A stretch of DNA of 64,000 nucleotides from Octopus sinensis (taxonomy: Eukaryota): positions 41,912,001 through 41,976,000 of the forward strand of contig NC_042997.1 in NCBI RefSeq assembly GCF_006345805.1, read 5' to 3'. Shown here in pieces: positions 1 to 11,961 of the stretch. How positions within the stretch are numbered: position 1 is the first letter of the stretch; the number at the start of each line of letters is the position of its first letter. The notes under the pieces are model-generated. The model made no database searches and was not told where the DNA came from. It was given only the letters and a program-made list of their open reading frames with translations. Both the position numbers and the translations under genes were made by a program.

Positions 1-378
1 GTTTACCAACCACATGGTTCTGGGTTCAGTCCCACTGCATGGCACCTTGGGCAAGTGTCTTCTACTATAGCCTCAGGCCGACCAAAGCCTTGTGAGTGGA
101 TTTGGTAGACGGAAACTGAAATACGCCCGTTGTATATATGTATATATATATATGTGTCTGTGTGTGTTTGTGTGTCTGTGTTAGTCCCCCTAGCATTGCT
201 TGACAACCGATGCTGGTGTGTTTATATCCCTGTTACTTAGCGGTTCAGGCAAAAGAGACCGATAGAATAAGTACTGGGCTTACAAAGAATAAGTCCCGGG
301 GTCGATTTGCTCGACTAAAGGTGGTGCTCCAGCATGACCGCAGTCAAATGACTGAAACAAGTAAAAGAGTAAAGAGTA
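1..378 (+). mobile_element. tRNA-derived SINE family A (~400 bp), head cut by window edge
   Basis: ccacatggttctgggttcagtcccactgc B-box-like segment, CTTGGGCAAGTGTCTTC central motif, internal (TA/TG) tract and AAGAGT tail; matches at least 10 other copies here. Confidence 0.9.
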
Positions 379-509
379 TACACGTGTGTGTGTGTGTGTA
401 CATGCACGGATGACTGAAGATCTTTTTCTTTGCATGATACATAACATACATACCTCTCTTGAGTAAAGTTTGCTTAGCATATAGGAAATCATCATCATTA
501 TTATTACAT

Positions 510-740
510 AAGGCGGTGAGCTAGCATAATCATTAGCATGCTGGATTAAATGCTTAGTGGTATTTCGCCCATCACTCTGTTCTGAGTTCAAATTCCTCTG
601 AGGTCAACTTTGCCTTTCATCCTTTTGGGGTCAATAAAAATATGTACCTATTGTAAAACTGGAGTCAACGTAATTGATTCATCCCCTCCCCCATAATTGC
701 TGCCCTTGTGGCAAAATTTGAAACCATCATTATTATTATT
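510..740 (+). mobile_element. SINE family B (Meta-domain-like, tRNA head)
   Basis: aaggcggtgagctagc head, GAGTTCAAATTCC B box, core GTCAACTTTGCCTTTCATCCTTTTGGGGTCAATAAA, (ATT)n tail. Confidence 0.85.
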
Positions 741-1135
741 ACAGAGGTTAGGTTGTTTTTTTTAGCTGCAGGTCAGCTTTAACTAAGCTGTAATCAGAGA
801 TATTCCAGTTCTACCTATCCTGCCTTTTTACTGAAGTACAAGTGACACATTCGTGTATGTGATTTCCGAGAGGTTTGCAGCTATTTCTATCAGGTTGAAT
901 GATCACATGGAGATATCATCATTGACATGTAGGCCAAATTTATACCAGTAATATAAGTAGTAGTCGAGCACTGAGTTTATGTAAGGGATTATAATCCTTC
1001 CTCACCATAACCTTAGGACTTATGCCTCATTATAGGTGCAGGCATAGCTGTGAGGTTAAGAAGCTTGATTCCAAACTAGGTGATTTCAGGTTCTGCATGG
1101 AAGGTGGATGTTACACAATGATAATGATGATGATG

Positions 1136-1179
<44 letters not shown>

Positions 1180-1398
1180 TATAATTATTAGGGAATATTA
1201 CTTCTTAGTACACAGGAAAAGGACATTCACATTCGATGTTCTAAAATGAACATATTTTTTACTCCTTAAATTTTTAATATTCAGTTATTATTTTTATTTA
1301 TTTTTTATTTGCATTTCTATTCATTTGTACGTTGATAAGTAAGATTATATCGAAGATATAGAGTATCATGGACATATATAAGAGGTAGGGAGGAATCT

Positions 1399-1498
1399 AG
1401 ACCTGAAGATTGAGAGTATGTCGACCCGAGTAAGTATTGAAACTAGATACCTCGTAGCTAATCGATACCGATGTACTTTCATGAAACACGTGTAGTCT
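1399..1498 (+). ncRNA. Type I hammerhead ribozyme motif (Penelope-like minimal type)
   Basis: Stem I agac(1399-1402)/gtct(1495-1498); CTGAAGA 1403-1409; stem II tgagagta/tactttca (8 bp, one G-U); GAAAC 1483-1487; palindromic loop ACGT; GTA triplet 1492-1494. Confidence 0.6.
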
Positions 1499-2764
1499 CA
1501 TAAACGGAAAATACAGGATTCAGAATAGATATAGTTTGTATAAGATTTAATTTTTAACATTTTCGGGAGTGGTCGGGTATAAAATCTTTCAGTGTTGATT
1601 GAGTTGAAGGTGGTTCTGTCTCTATACAAATATATATGCATAAATACATGTATATATATATACTGTAAAACAAACTGGGAGGAAAGAGACGGAACGAAGT
1701 GAGAATTCGAAAAATCGAAAATTCAAACGAACCCGACGCGAAGCACTGTCAGACAATAGTGTAATAAATAAAATATATGCATACATACAAACATATATGT
1801 ACGTACCGACATCTACATGTATATATACATGCATATATAAATATATATATATACGTACAGGACATCACAAGAAGACGAAAAAATCAACAGAACGAAAACG
1901 GAGAAGACATTTTGTTACAACAGAAGGACAGAGACATGGAACAAGATGAAAACGAAAACGGGAAAAACATTATGTACAGCAGAAAAACGAAGTACAGGAC
2001 AAGCTGCACAAGGAAAAATCCCCTTCATCAGCTGTCGCTAGCAGACATAGCGTGTTTCGAAGGCAAGACAGGACACGTCTGGTTATGCTAGGCCTTCCTA
2101 CGAGAGAATTAAAATAAAGTAACCTCGTAGATGTTAATTAGTGTAAATCAGGAAAAATAAAAAAAAATCATCAAAAGGTTTTTTTTTAGATGTCTTTAAT
2201 AAAAAATGATATTCAATGTTACCATAAAATTGTAACTTTTTCTCATTCCTGGAATCCTAAAAAGTAGTTAACATTTGAACTAAAAAACATTAAGAGATTC
2301 AACTCCACATCACAAGACTTTTTGTTTGGAACCAATTCTACCATTCATTGTTCTCAACAGTTGCTTTGTTCTGGGAATAACTTACTTCTCTTTTTTTTTA
2401 CTTGTAAGTGTTTTGATGTTTGCATCATTAAATATGTCAACAATAACTTTTGTAATGGTATCTGTAAGTGTGTACATGTATGTTTAATGCAGACCATTCC
2501 TGAAGTGTACAACACCATAAGAATCATACTAACCTTGCTAACATTTATTTGAATGAAGTGATGAATTCTCTAATGTAAGTGGAGAAAATCTAATTCATTG
2601 TTCTTTTCTATCCTATAACAGAATTGTTACAGGACTGGAATTTTGATTTAGAAAATTTTCAACAGAATTTTTAAAATGTTAAAAGTTAATTCGGAATATT
2701 AATATAGTGAGGAGAAGAGAACATTAGTAACTTAATGGCAAATATTATTTTAATAATTCTAGTA

Positions 2765-2985
2765 AGTAGGCAGTGGGCTAAAAGAATTGTTAGCAAGCTG
2801 GGCAAAATGCTTAGCAGCATTTCATGTGTTCTGAGTTCAAAATTCACTAAGGTTGACTTTGTCTTTTAACCTTTTGGGGTTGATAAAATAAGTACCAGTT
2901 GAACACAGGATGATTATATCGACTTAACCCCTCCCCTGAAATTGCTGACCTTGTGCTAAAACTTAAAACCAATAATTCTGGTAAG
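2765..2985 (+). mobile_element. SINE family B, diverged copy
   Basis: gagttcaaaattcactaaggttgactttgtcttttaaccttttggggttgataaaataagtaccag core. Confidence 0.75.
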
Positions 2986-3504
2986 TATAGAAGAAAACCC
3001 AGGACACACCCTGATATCATTACATCTCTTCAGCAAAGCAAAGATTTCATTGTTTTTACCGAAGTATTGATTAAAGGAATCACTGAGTCGGAATATACTA
3101 ACCCAAGAAAACATGGAAAAATAATATATTTAGAAGAAAACAAAATCTCTTGGCAAAAACTGAGAATCTTCTTGTAAAGCTACCCACCTATGGTCTCCAT
3201 CCATTTTATCTTTTGGATCAGTGCCTTTCTGCTGAAGCATATCATTGCACTGAGTACTGATAGAACTCTCTCTCACAGACTCTATTAAATTCTGCTGAGC
3301 TCCAAGCTTTGATTTTGTCTCACACACTTTCCCACCTATATATCAGTGACCTAATTGCCTTTACCTCCCTGTGAGGTGATACCACTTTTCATTTCCCCTC
3401 AGACCTTCTGTATCCAAGTATATTTCTCATGCAACTGAGATACCTTCTGTGAAAATGCACACTGACACTATGAATTGAGATATTAAAAACCTCCACTCTG
3501 CAGC

Positions 3505-3860
3505 TCACTGGGTAAGTACCTTCTACACCAAATGGTTTCAGGTTCATTCCCACTGCACAGCACCTTGAGCAAATATAATCTATTATAACCCTGGGTTAAC
3601 CAATGCCATGTGAGTGGATTTAGCAGACAGAAACTGTGTGGAAGCCTGCCACAGATATATGTAGGTAGGTGTGTGCGTGTTTCCATTTGTTCCCTGTCAC
3701 CATTTAAAATGTGTTGGTTTGTTTATGTTCCCATAACATAGCAGTTTGGTAAAAGAGACTGATAAAGTGAGTATCAAACTTAAAATAAGTACTGCAGTCA
3801 ATTTGTTGAACTAAATCCTTCAAATCAGTATCCTAGCAATGGTGAAAAGAAAAAAAAGTT
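3505..3860 (+). mobile_element. SINE family A, old diverged copy
   Basis: ggtttcaggttcattcccactgcacagcaccttgagcaa...gtgagtggatttagcagacagaaactg, collinear with young copies. Confidence 0.7.
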
Positions 3861-4114
3861 ATTAGTTACTGGATACAGTGAAAGGTTACAATACTATAAA
3901 AATTGAATTGTGAGTTGTTTTTTGCAGTACGTGGTTTGTATTTTTGAAAACATAAACAAACATATTTTATAAAGCATATACTGAGGTTAAAGACAAAGAA
4001 AATGTTAGTGAGAGAACTCAGGCTCATACAAGAGGAATCCAAGGGATGTGACAAATAACGTTAATAATAGAAGGAAAAGCAATGCCTATAGATATTCTAT
4101 ATCTTTATTTATTG

Positions 4115-4840
4115 ATCAGAAATACTAAATTTCTAAATCTCTCGTAGAGACATGTACGGTGGTGGGGCGATAGAATGGTTGTATACTGTCAATCTAACAC
4201 GAACGTGACAGTAGTGGGGTACACCACCGCTGTTTAGCCCAAGGAAGCATCGACGCCTCCTGATGGCTTTGACACATTTTTCCTGTGTCCTTATATACAT
4301 TTACGAAGGGGGAAACAAATACCCCCAGCCGCCCGGGCTGCATCTAGGGACGTATACAAGGACACAGGAAAAATGTGTCAAAGCCATCAGGAGGCGTCGA
4401 TGCTTCCTAGGGCTAAACAGCGGTGGTGTACCCCCTACTGTCACGTTCATGTTAGATTGACAGTATGCAACCATTCTATCGCCCCACCACCGTACATATC
4501 TCTACGAGAGATTTAGAAACTTAGTATTTCTGATTTTGATAATCAGTGAATAGACTTCACTGAAATTTAGATATATACAGTGCGAGTTGAGACAGATATC
4601 GTCAGCTAACCGGGGTCTGCTAGTCTAGGCCGACGAAGGACAATCATCCTGAAACACGTGTCCCTAGATGCAGCCCTAGCGGCTGGGGGTATTTGTCTCC
4701 CCCTTCGTAAATGTATATAAGGACACAGGAAAAATGTGTCAAAGCCATCAGGAGGCGTCGATGCTTCCTAGGGCTAAACAGCGGTGGTGTATCCCTACTG
4801 TCACGTTCGTGTTAGATTGACAGTATACAACCATTCTATT
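4115..4840. mobile_element. Hammerhead-bearing 361-bp tandem unit with an inverted partial copy (Penelope-like pLTR or retrozyme)
   Basis: 4115-4351 is the reverse complement of the unit read from the 4660 GTC onward; gacacaggaaaaatgtgtc recurs on + at 4361 and 4722 (period 361); hammerhead at the unit junction. Confidence 0.75.
4624..4668 (+). ncRNA. Minimal type I hammerhead ribozyme motif (U4C variant)
   Basis: Stem I tctagg/cctaga (6 bp); CCGACGA core 4630-4636; stem II agga-caatca-tcct; GAAAC 4651-4655; loop ACGT; GTC 4660-4662. Confidence 0.75.
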
Positions 4841-4905
4841 TATTGAGTTTTAGATTAATTGTTTACTTGATACATCATGTAACTGGTACATCTATGGACG
4901 TGTGA

Positions 4906-5134
4906 TTAACCCTTTCGTTACCAACCCGGCTGAAACTGGCTCTGACTCTGAGTACAAGTGTCTTGTTTTCATAAGTTTTGAATTAAAATCTTCCACCAAA
5001 CCTTAGTCCCAATTTATGTTCCTAACACTAGCTGAATGATAACTAAGTTATTTTACTAAATTCTTTGTTATATTTAATATTAATTGAAAGAAACACAGAG
5101 CATCTTAAAATAAATACAGTAACAAAAGGGTTAA
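4906..5134. mobile_element. piggyBac-like MITE family P1
   Basis: TTAA|CCCTTTCGTTAC ... GTAACAAAAGGG|TTAA; same element at 33793 and 46961. Confidence 0.85.
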
Positions 5135-5224
5135 CAAGTTCACTTAGCAATCATATGGTTCTAGGTTCAGTCCCACTGTACATTACCTTGACCTTGGCCA
5201 AGTGTCTTTTGCTATAGAGTCAGT

Positions 5225-5430
5225 TTAACCCTTGTTCTATAAAATATTTTGCTTATCCATTCACATTGTTTTGAATTTATTAGGCATTATCTTGTAGCTT
5301 GAGAATTTGATGAGGTAACTTCATTTATAAAATGACATTGTAGGTTGGTATGAGAAGTCAGATTTGACCAGTTTGTGCATAAAACAGGTAATATTGGCAG
5401 TTGCAGCCAGTTTAAATGCTAATGGGTTAA
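5225..5430. mobile_element. piggyBac-like MITE family P2, decayed
   Basis: TTAACCCTT...TTTAAATGCTAATGGGTTAA; interior similar to copies at 10229, 30043 and 31366. Confidence 0.7.
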
Positions 5431-5599
5431 TCAATGCTTTGTGAGTCAGATTTATCTGCTGTCAATACCCACTGAGTGGTGGCCTGGGCATGCCATGGCT
5501 GATGATTGCAAGATATGCGCTGAGGCTATGATATCGCCATTGTTTCCTTGATGGTGAACAGGTGTAATCGCCCTTCACCAGACAAGTATTTCTGCAGCT

Positions 5600-6350
5600 A
5601 GTTTCTTTAATGGAATTACAATGCTGGGTAAAGCAGAGACCAAGTGGGAGCATTTGGAAAGTGGAATGTCTTCAAGTGCTCACAGCCCTCAACCAATCGG
5701 ATACTGCAATAGGTGGAACATCCACTTTAGCTTTTTATTGAGGATTAATGGAAGAAAAGTGTGATGACATTCTTGAGGAGACCTTGGGTGTTGAAGATCA
5801 ACTAGCTGCTCTTCTCCAGAGAACTTTCGGCCTGGGATTGATTGATAATTAAAAGAAATCTCTGGCAGTGCAACCAGGGAGCTTTGCTTGTTCAAGATAA
5901 ACTTTACAGGCATAGAAGTGCTGTTAGCCGAGCATGTCCAAGATGTGTGCAGGATGACAAAATGGTCCTGCATGCACTCATCCAGTGCCCGAGCATTGCT
6001 GACCTGTGGGTTTATGTTGAACACTTGCTGTCACATGTGGGATGGATCTGGCTGACAACTGAATCCATCATGAAGATTGCCCCTTCCTCTTCCTTTAACT
6101 GAGAAGGAAAAGCTCTGTTTAAATGCCTGGTGGCCATGGCAAAAGAGGTTGTATGGTGGATGATATTGAAGGGGCTGAAGACAAACACTTTTCTCTTTGG
6201 TCAATCCCTGATCAACTTTAAGTTTCACTTGAAAAGGAAAATAAGGGTAGAGAGGGAAGTGTTGTCTTCTAGCCAATTTGCTGAAAGTTGAATTGGTGAG
6301 AATGGTGTGGGTGAACAGTCCTGCCCTGAGTATATGTCTGTAGTTGAAAA
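5600..6350 (+). pseudogene. Tx1/L1-like LINE ORF2 C-terminal remnant (zf-RVT region)
   Basis: Broken translation ...QRTFGLGLIDN*KKSL.WQCNQGALLVQDKLYRH...CPRCVQDDKMVLHALIQCPSIADLW, a CxxC..H....C motif; stops and frameshifts; A-rich tail downstream. Confidence 0.75.
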
Positions 6351-6650
6351 AAAGAAAGGAAAAAAGGCACCTGCTCCAAAAGTCAGGCAACCCATGGTTT
6401 TTTTATGGGCTTTTCCATGAGCAGCCTTCGAATGTATCCTCCCTATTGAGGATCACACATTGTTGAGTTTTTAATTTTGTTGGTCTTGCTTACACACAAA
6501 AACCTCACAAATACACACTCACACACATTCTTTGTTTGTCCTGTACTGTCCATAATGTTTTACTCAATATAAACCATTGTGGTTAATAAAAAAAATCATT
6601 ATTGTTATCATTATTAAGGCAGTGAGCTGTTATTTTGTCTGTCCAGTTAA

Positions 6651-6685
<35 letters not shown>

Positions 6686-6971
6686 GCGCAACAAGCATTT
6701 CTTCCAGCTTGCTGTCTTTAATTGTTTCTCTTATGGGCACAGGACCATAAATTTGGGAAGAAGAGGTTAATTGGTTATAATGTCTATAGTACATTATACA
6801 TGAAAGACAAAGTTGATCAGAGTGGGATTTGAACTCAGAATGCAAGGAGCCAGAAGAGATACTAAAAGCTGCAAAAATAATATGCACTGGGCTAAATACT
6901 TTGTAGTAGCAAAATAATTTCTTACATCAGCACAAGGTCTTAATTTTTGGAGCAAAGGAAATAGTTTAATG

Positions 6972-7139
6972 CAGTGGTCCCCAACTGGGGTCCATATAAA
7001 ATTTTTTAATGCAATTCCTAATGACATTTAATAATAAAGATAAAACAGAATTTTTTGAACATTGAATGCCTATGAAGGACTATTGGAGTAAAATAGGAAT
7101 GAAAGTGGTCCATAGATAAAAAATGGTAGAGAACCACTA
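6972..7139. mobile_element. hAT-like MITE
   Basis: CAGTGGTCCCCAAC ... GTAGAGAACCACTA ends; degenerate 8-bp TSD gtttaatg/atctaatg; similar to the element at 47949. Confidence 0.6.
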
Positions 7140-7229
7140 ATCTAATGTATCCACCCCAGGATTTCCTGGTACTTCATTTTCCCAACACTTGTGAAGAAGC
7201 AAAGTGGATCTTGAGGATCTGGGTCCAAC

Positions 7230-7385
7230 TTGAAATGCTTGCCAAAGTACCTTCAAATTACATCCTAGGCCAGATCTGACTGGCCTGGTGCAGCCTTCGG
7301 GCTCCCCAGACCCCAGTTGAACCGTCCAACCCATGCTAGCATGGAAAGCGGACGTTAAACGATGATGATGATGATGATGATGAAA
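7230..7385 (+). mobile_element. RTE LINE 3'-UTR fragment with (GAT)n tail
   Basis: ...ccgtccaacccatgctagcatggaaagcggacgttaaacgatgatgatg, the same terminus as the 15599 and 40693 elements. Confidence 0.75.
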
Positions 7386-7628
7386 GAACATGTAATTATA
7401 ATGTCATTGATGGTTTAAATGACAGTATTAATTCTTAAATGCAAATTTGAGTCATCATGTTAAAAGAGATGTATTTATTGAAAACATTTATTACAACCAT
7501 TCAGTTTTATAAAAGTTCTTGATACAAATCATGACACAGCAACCTATTCTCTCAGTCGTATTGACATAAGATTGATAATGCTTAACCTGTTTGCATGTGT
7601 TTATATACATATATACATATATATATAT

Positions 7629-8020
7629 ACTCTCTCTTTACTCTTTTACTTGTTTCAGTCATTCAACTGCAGCCATGCTGGAGCACCGCCTTTAGTCGAG
7701 CAACTCGACCCCGGGACTTATTCTTTGTAAACCCAGTACTTATTCTATCAGTCTCTTTTGCCGAACCGCTAAGTGACGGGGACGTAAACACACCAGCATC
7801 GGTTGTTAAGCAATGCTAGGGGGACAAACACAGACACACATACATATATATATATACGACAGGCTTCTTTCAGTTTCCGTCTACCAAATCCACTCACAAG
7901 GCATTGGTCGGCCCGGGGCTATAGCAGAAGACACTTGCCCAAGATGCCACGCAGTGGGACTGAACCCGGAACCATGTGGTTGGTTAGCAAGCTACTTACC
8001 ACACAGCCACTCCTGCGCCT
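7629..8020 (-). mobile_element. SINE family A, full-length young copy
   Basis: Reverse complement begins aggcgcaggagtggctgtgtggtaagtagcttgctaaccaaccacatggttccgggttcagtccc (A/B boxes) and ends in the AAGAGT tail. Confidence 0.92.
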
Positions 8021-9179
8021 ATATACATATATATATATATATATTTCATTGTAACGTAAATCTCTAAAATATTTAGTTTCCATGAGATAGTACCTCATTC
8101 ATCTGATTCAGATAGTATGTTTTATTGTTATACAAAGCAATCTTATACTATCTGTTATCCAATCTTACTAGAAAATAAGGAGGATGACCGTGTAAAGACT
8201 TGTTTGGGAAGTTATCTGTGTGGTAAGGTTTAATGTAAATCTCCTTATGTTTAATTTTGAAACTATGTGTCATGGTTGATATCACACTTGATATTTAACT
8301 AAAATTATTATTCATATGCATGACACAGGGGATTGGCCTGAATTATCATAAATCAAAACCTTAAGTTTTATTTAATTTTGTTTTTTTTGTTTTTACGTGT
8401 TACTTTTCAAGTTCATTAATACAATACTGATAACAATACTGTATGTATATATGTATGTATGTGCATTTAAAAAGCTTGTTTCATTACCATGTGCTTTCAG
8501 GTTCAGTCCCCCTGTGTGGCACCTTGGGCAGATGTCTTCTGCTATAGACCCAAGCCTTGTGAATGGAATTTGTCAGTGAAAACTGAAAGAAGCCCATCGT
8601 GTGTGTGTGTGTGTGTGTCCATGTCTTGACTTCATTTGTTGGTTGGAAAAAGGAGCTTCACCATCATACAAGTGAAGTTGTTCATTTGCAGTCTTCTCTC
8701 AAACGCATGCCTAGCCATGCAAAAATATTATCTTGCTAGGAAACCAGTGAGGGTTTGTGTCAGGAACAGCATCCAGCCACAGAAAATCTGCTTCAACAAA
8801 TTCAATCTGACTCTTGTATGGAAAATGGACCTTAAAACGAGTCATTATGTTTATAAGAATGGTGATCATTGAATATATCTTATTCCCTTATTTACATGTG
8901 TTTGATCCCTGATTGTAGACAATGACTTTGTTAGCAGTGTTATATATTTTCAACCCACATTAGATAAAAGGCTTCTTTGTCCTACCATCAATTGTTTTCA
9001 GTTCTCCACATTAGCATGCCCTGGTTGTTTGATAGACTAGGAGATTATTACCTCACTTGGAAACAAGTGGAGGTTGGCAAAAGGAAGGGTATCAAGTCAT
9101 AGAAAAATCTGCCTTAACATATTTCTCATCTGACCCACGCAAGCATGAAGAAATAGACATTAAAATTATATATATATAT

Positions 9180-9339
9180 AGGAGTGGCTGTGTGGTAAGT
9201 AGCTTGTTTACCAACCACATGGTTCAGGGTTCAGTCCCACTGCGTGGCACCTTGGGCAAGTGTCTTCTACTATAGCCTCGGGCCGACCAAAGCCTTGTGA
9301 GTGGATTTGGTAGACAGAAACTGAAAGAAGCCCGTCGTA

Positions 9340-9379
<40 letters not shown>

Positions 9380-9599
9380 TGTGTGTGTTTGTGTCTGTGT
9401 TTGTCCCCCTAGCATTGCTTGACAACCGATGCTGGTGTGTTTACGTCCCCGTCACTTAGCGGTTCAACAAAAGAGACCGATAGAATAAGTACTGGGCTTA
9501 CAAAAGAATAAGTCCCGGGGTCGAGTTGCTCGATTAAAGGCGGTGCTCCAGCATGGCCGCAGTCAAATTACTGAAACAAGTAAAAGAGTAAAAAGAGTA
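9180..9599 (+). mobile_element. SINE family A
   Basis: ggagtggctgtgtggtaagtagc head through aagtaaaagagtaaaaagagta tail. Confidence 0.92.
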
Positions 9600-9746
9600 T
9601 ATATATATAATCATTATCATAATTGTTTAATATCCATGTTTCATACAAGCATGGCTCGTGTAATTTGACAAAGATCCAGTCAATCCAAGAAATGCATCAT
9701 GTTCTAGTGTCTACTCTGCCTGTGTTCTATGATTGGATGCTCTTCC

Positions 9747-9777
<31 letters not shown>

Positions 9778-9830
9778 ATTGGTGAATTGAAGAATGGAGC
9801 TGAACGCAGATTGAACAGAAATCGTTTTTA

Positions 9831-9917
9831 TTTCATTCTACGTGTTTCGAAAGGCACAAATTACCAAAATCCGATTGAATATGGGACCATATTGTGTCTT
9901 TCTCTTCAGGAAGAAAA
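9831..9917 (-). ncRNA. Type I hammerhead ribozyme motif
   Basis: Minus strand reads ttttcttc-CTGAAGA-gaaagacacaa...ttgtgcctttc-GAAAC-AC-GTA-gaatgaaa; stem II 10 of 11 bp; stem I 7 of 8 including one G-U. Confidence 0.6.
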
Positions 9918-10166
9918 AAGGAAATCCGTTGGAAAAACAAAAACAGAACAGAGGCGGAGCAAAACAAATCGAACTATGCTCCTAAGAGCCCATGGCGAAC
10001 TGTTTATCAGTGTATGTTGAGAACCGGTGGCTGAAGAATTCAACGGGTCAGTCATCGGTCAATCATGTGGGTGAGGGTGTATAGATGTTCTTTGTGACCG
10101 AGAATAAGTTCTGACTATTTAAGGAATATTGGATATCTACTACAAGATTATTCATCTTTCTATTTC

Positions 10167-10205
<39 letters not shown>

Positions 10206-10228
10206 CAGGGACACACACACACACACAT

Positions 10229-10449
10229 TTATCCCTTTAGCATTCAGATTACTCAAATGTAAGGCTTATTCATTTACACTGTTTTGAATTAATTATATAT
10301 GATCTTGCAACTTTAGTATTTTGATGATCTGATTGTTCATTTTTAAACTGACTTTGTTGCATAGGTGTGAGAGTTTGGATCTGGCCTGTTTGAACATAGA
10401 ATGAGGATATTTCGGCTGGATAGGGCCAGTTTAAATGCTAAAGGGATAT
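10229..10449. mobile_element. piggyBac-like MITE family P2
   Basis: CCCTTTAGCATTCAGA ... TTAAATGCTAAAGGG terminal inverted repeats. Confidence 0.8.
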
Positions 10450-10734
10450 ACATATATATAAATATATATAGACCCTGGTCAAACCATCCAACCCATGCCA
10501 ACATGGAAAACGGATGTTAAACGATGATGATGATGGTGGTGATGATATTTATATAAATTTTTCTTTTCTGTTTTAGGATTACATTGTCCTATATATCTTT
10601 TCCTGATCTATGATGGTCAGATGTGATTCGATGGGATTTTGACAGCAGTTTTTAGCAAGCCAGTCAAACATGCAGAGGCATATCCTTGTTGGCTTGAAAT
10701 AAATTTGGTTGTTGTTGTTGTTTATAGTAGCAGC

Positions 10735-10792
10735 CCAGCGCAGCCCAGCCCAGCCCAGCCCAGCGCAGCCCAGCGCAGCCCAGCTGACTCAA
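10735..10792. repeat. (CAGCC/CAGCG)n pentanucleotide microsatellite
   Basis: Directly visible tandem array; a (CT)n tract follows near 10913. Confidence 0.9.
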
Positions 10793-11264
10793 GCTCTGAT
10801 TTGTGATGAAAGGATTCCAATTTTTTGTATATCAGAAGCTACATTGTCCAAACATATCTTGGAGAAAATATTGCAATGCAGCAGGCAGACCAGATGGCTG
10901 CTAGCAAAGAGCTCTCTCTCTCTCTCTCTCTCCCTCTCTCTCTCTCTCCATCCCTCCCTGCCTCCCACCCCTTCTCTTTCATACACATGCACTTCCTATT
11001 TCATTCCTTTGGAGAGAAGGTTGGGGTTAAGGCAATGTGAAGTATGAGTATGAGGTATGATAGGCAGTGAGAGGAAGGGCTGACAGTTTCAGTTACATAT
11101 ATAGATATACTTATATAGTATTAAATAGAACAAACTTAGTGTTTGTAAAAGTTGTTGACAAGAACAAACATAGTGATCCTATTTTCTAGCTATTAAAACT
11201 TGATTTCTTTGATATTAATCTCTCAATATTATGCAAGTACATATTTATATATATTTCATTCATT

Positions 11265-11490
11265 CATCATCATCATCATCATCATCGTCGTTTAGCGTCC
11301 GTTTTCCATGCTGGCATGGGTTGGACGGTTCAACTGGGGTCTGGGAAGCCAGAAGGCTGCACCAGGCCCAGTCTGATCTGGCAGTGTTTCTACAGCTGGA
11401 TGCCCTTCCTAACGCCAACCACTCCATGAGTGTAGTGGGTGCTTTTTACATGCCACCGGCACAGGTGCCAGACGAGGCTGGCAAACGGCC
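11265..11490 (-). mobile_element. RTE LINE 3'-UTR fragment
   Basis: (CAT)n then tttagcgtccgttttccatgctggcatggg...ggatgcccttcctaacgccaaccactc. Confidence 0.85.
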
Positions 11491-11714
11491 ACAATCGGGA
11501 AATACTTACATGTATGAATATGCATATATATATGCATGTTTATCTATCACTGAAAGAAGCATGTAATAATGAAATTAGTCTCATGAGGTCTTTTTGGTAA
11601 TTTTGGATGAGGAACAAACCACTTGGTTTCATTTTTATTTAACAATTAATTAATCTGGAATCCCTCATCTATCCTTGCTATTGATAATACTAATAATACT
11701 AATAATGATAATTA

Positions 11715-11930
11715 TTTCTACTCTAGGCAAAAGGCCTTGAAAATTTAGGGGGAAGGGGGATAGTAGATTACATTGATCCCATTGTGTAACTGGTACTTAT
11801 TTCATCAACCGCTGAAAGGATGAAAGGCAAAGTTGACCTCAGCAGAATTTGAACATAGAACGCAGTGGCAGATGAAATACCACTAAGCATTTCATGCAGC
11901 ATGCTAACAATTCTGCCAGCTTGCCACCTT
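11715..11930 (-). mobile_element. SINE family B
   Basis: gaaaggatgaaaggcaaagttgacctcagcagaatttgaac is the reverse complement of core plus B box. Confidence 0.85.
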
Positions 11931-11961
11931 AATAATAATAATAAGAAGAATAATAATAATA

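Noticed and set aside
3365-3446. Minus-strand segment with good splice signals and a C2-domain-like EIYLDTEGLRGNEKWYHL peptide
   Set aside because: All three frames of the 82-nt candidate exon contain a stop
7803-8067. Recurrent ORFs such as MLGGQTQTH.../MSSNARG...QIHSQG
   Set aside because: Antisense translations of SINE family A, repeated at every copy; not genes
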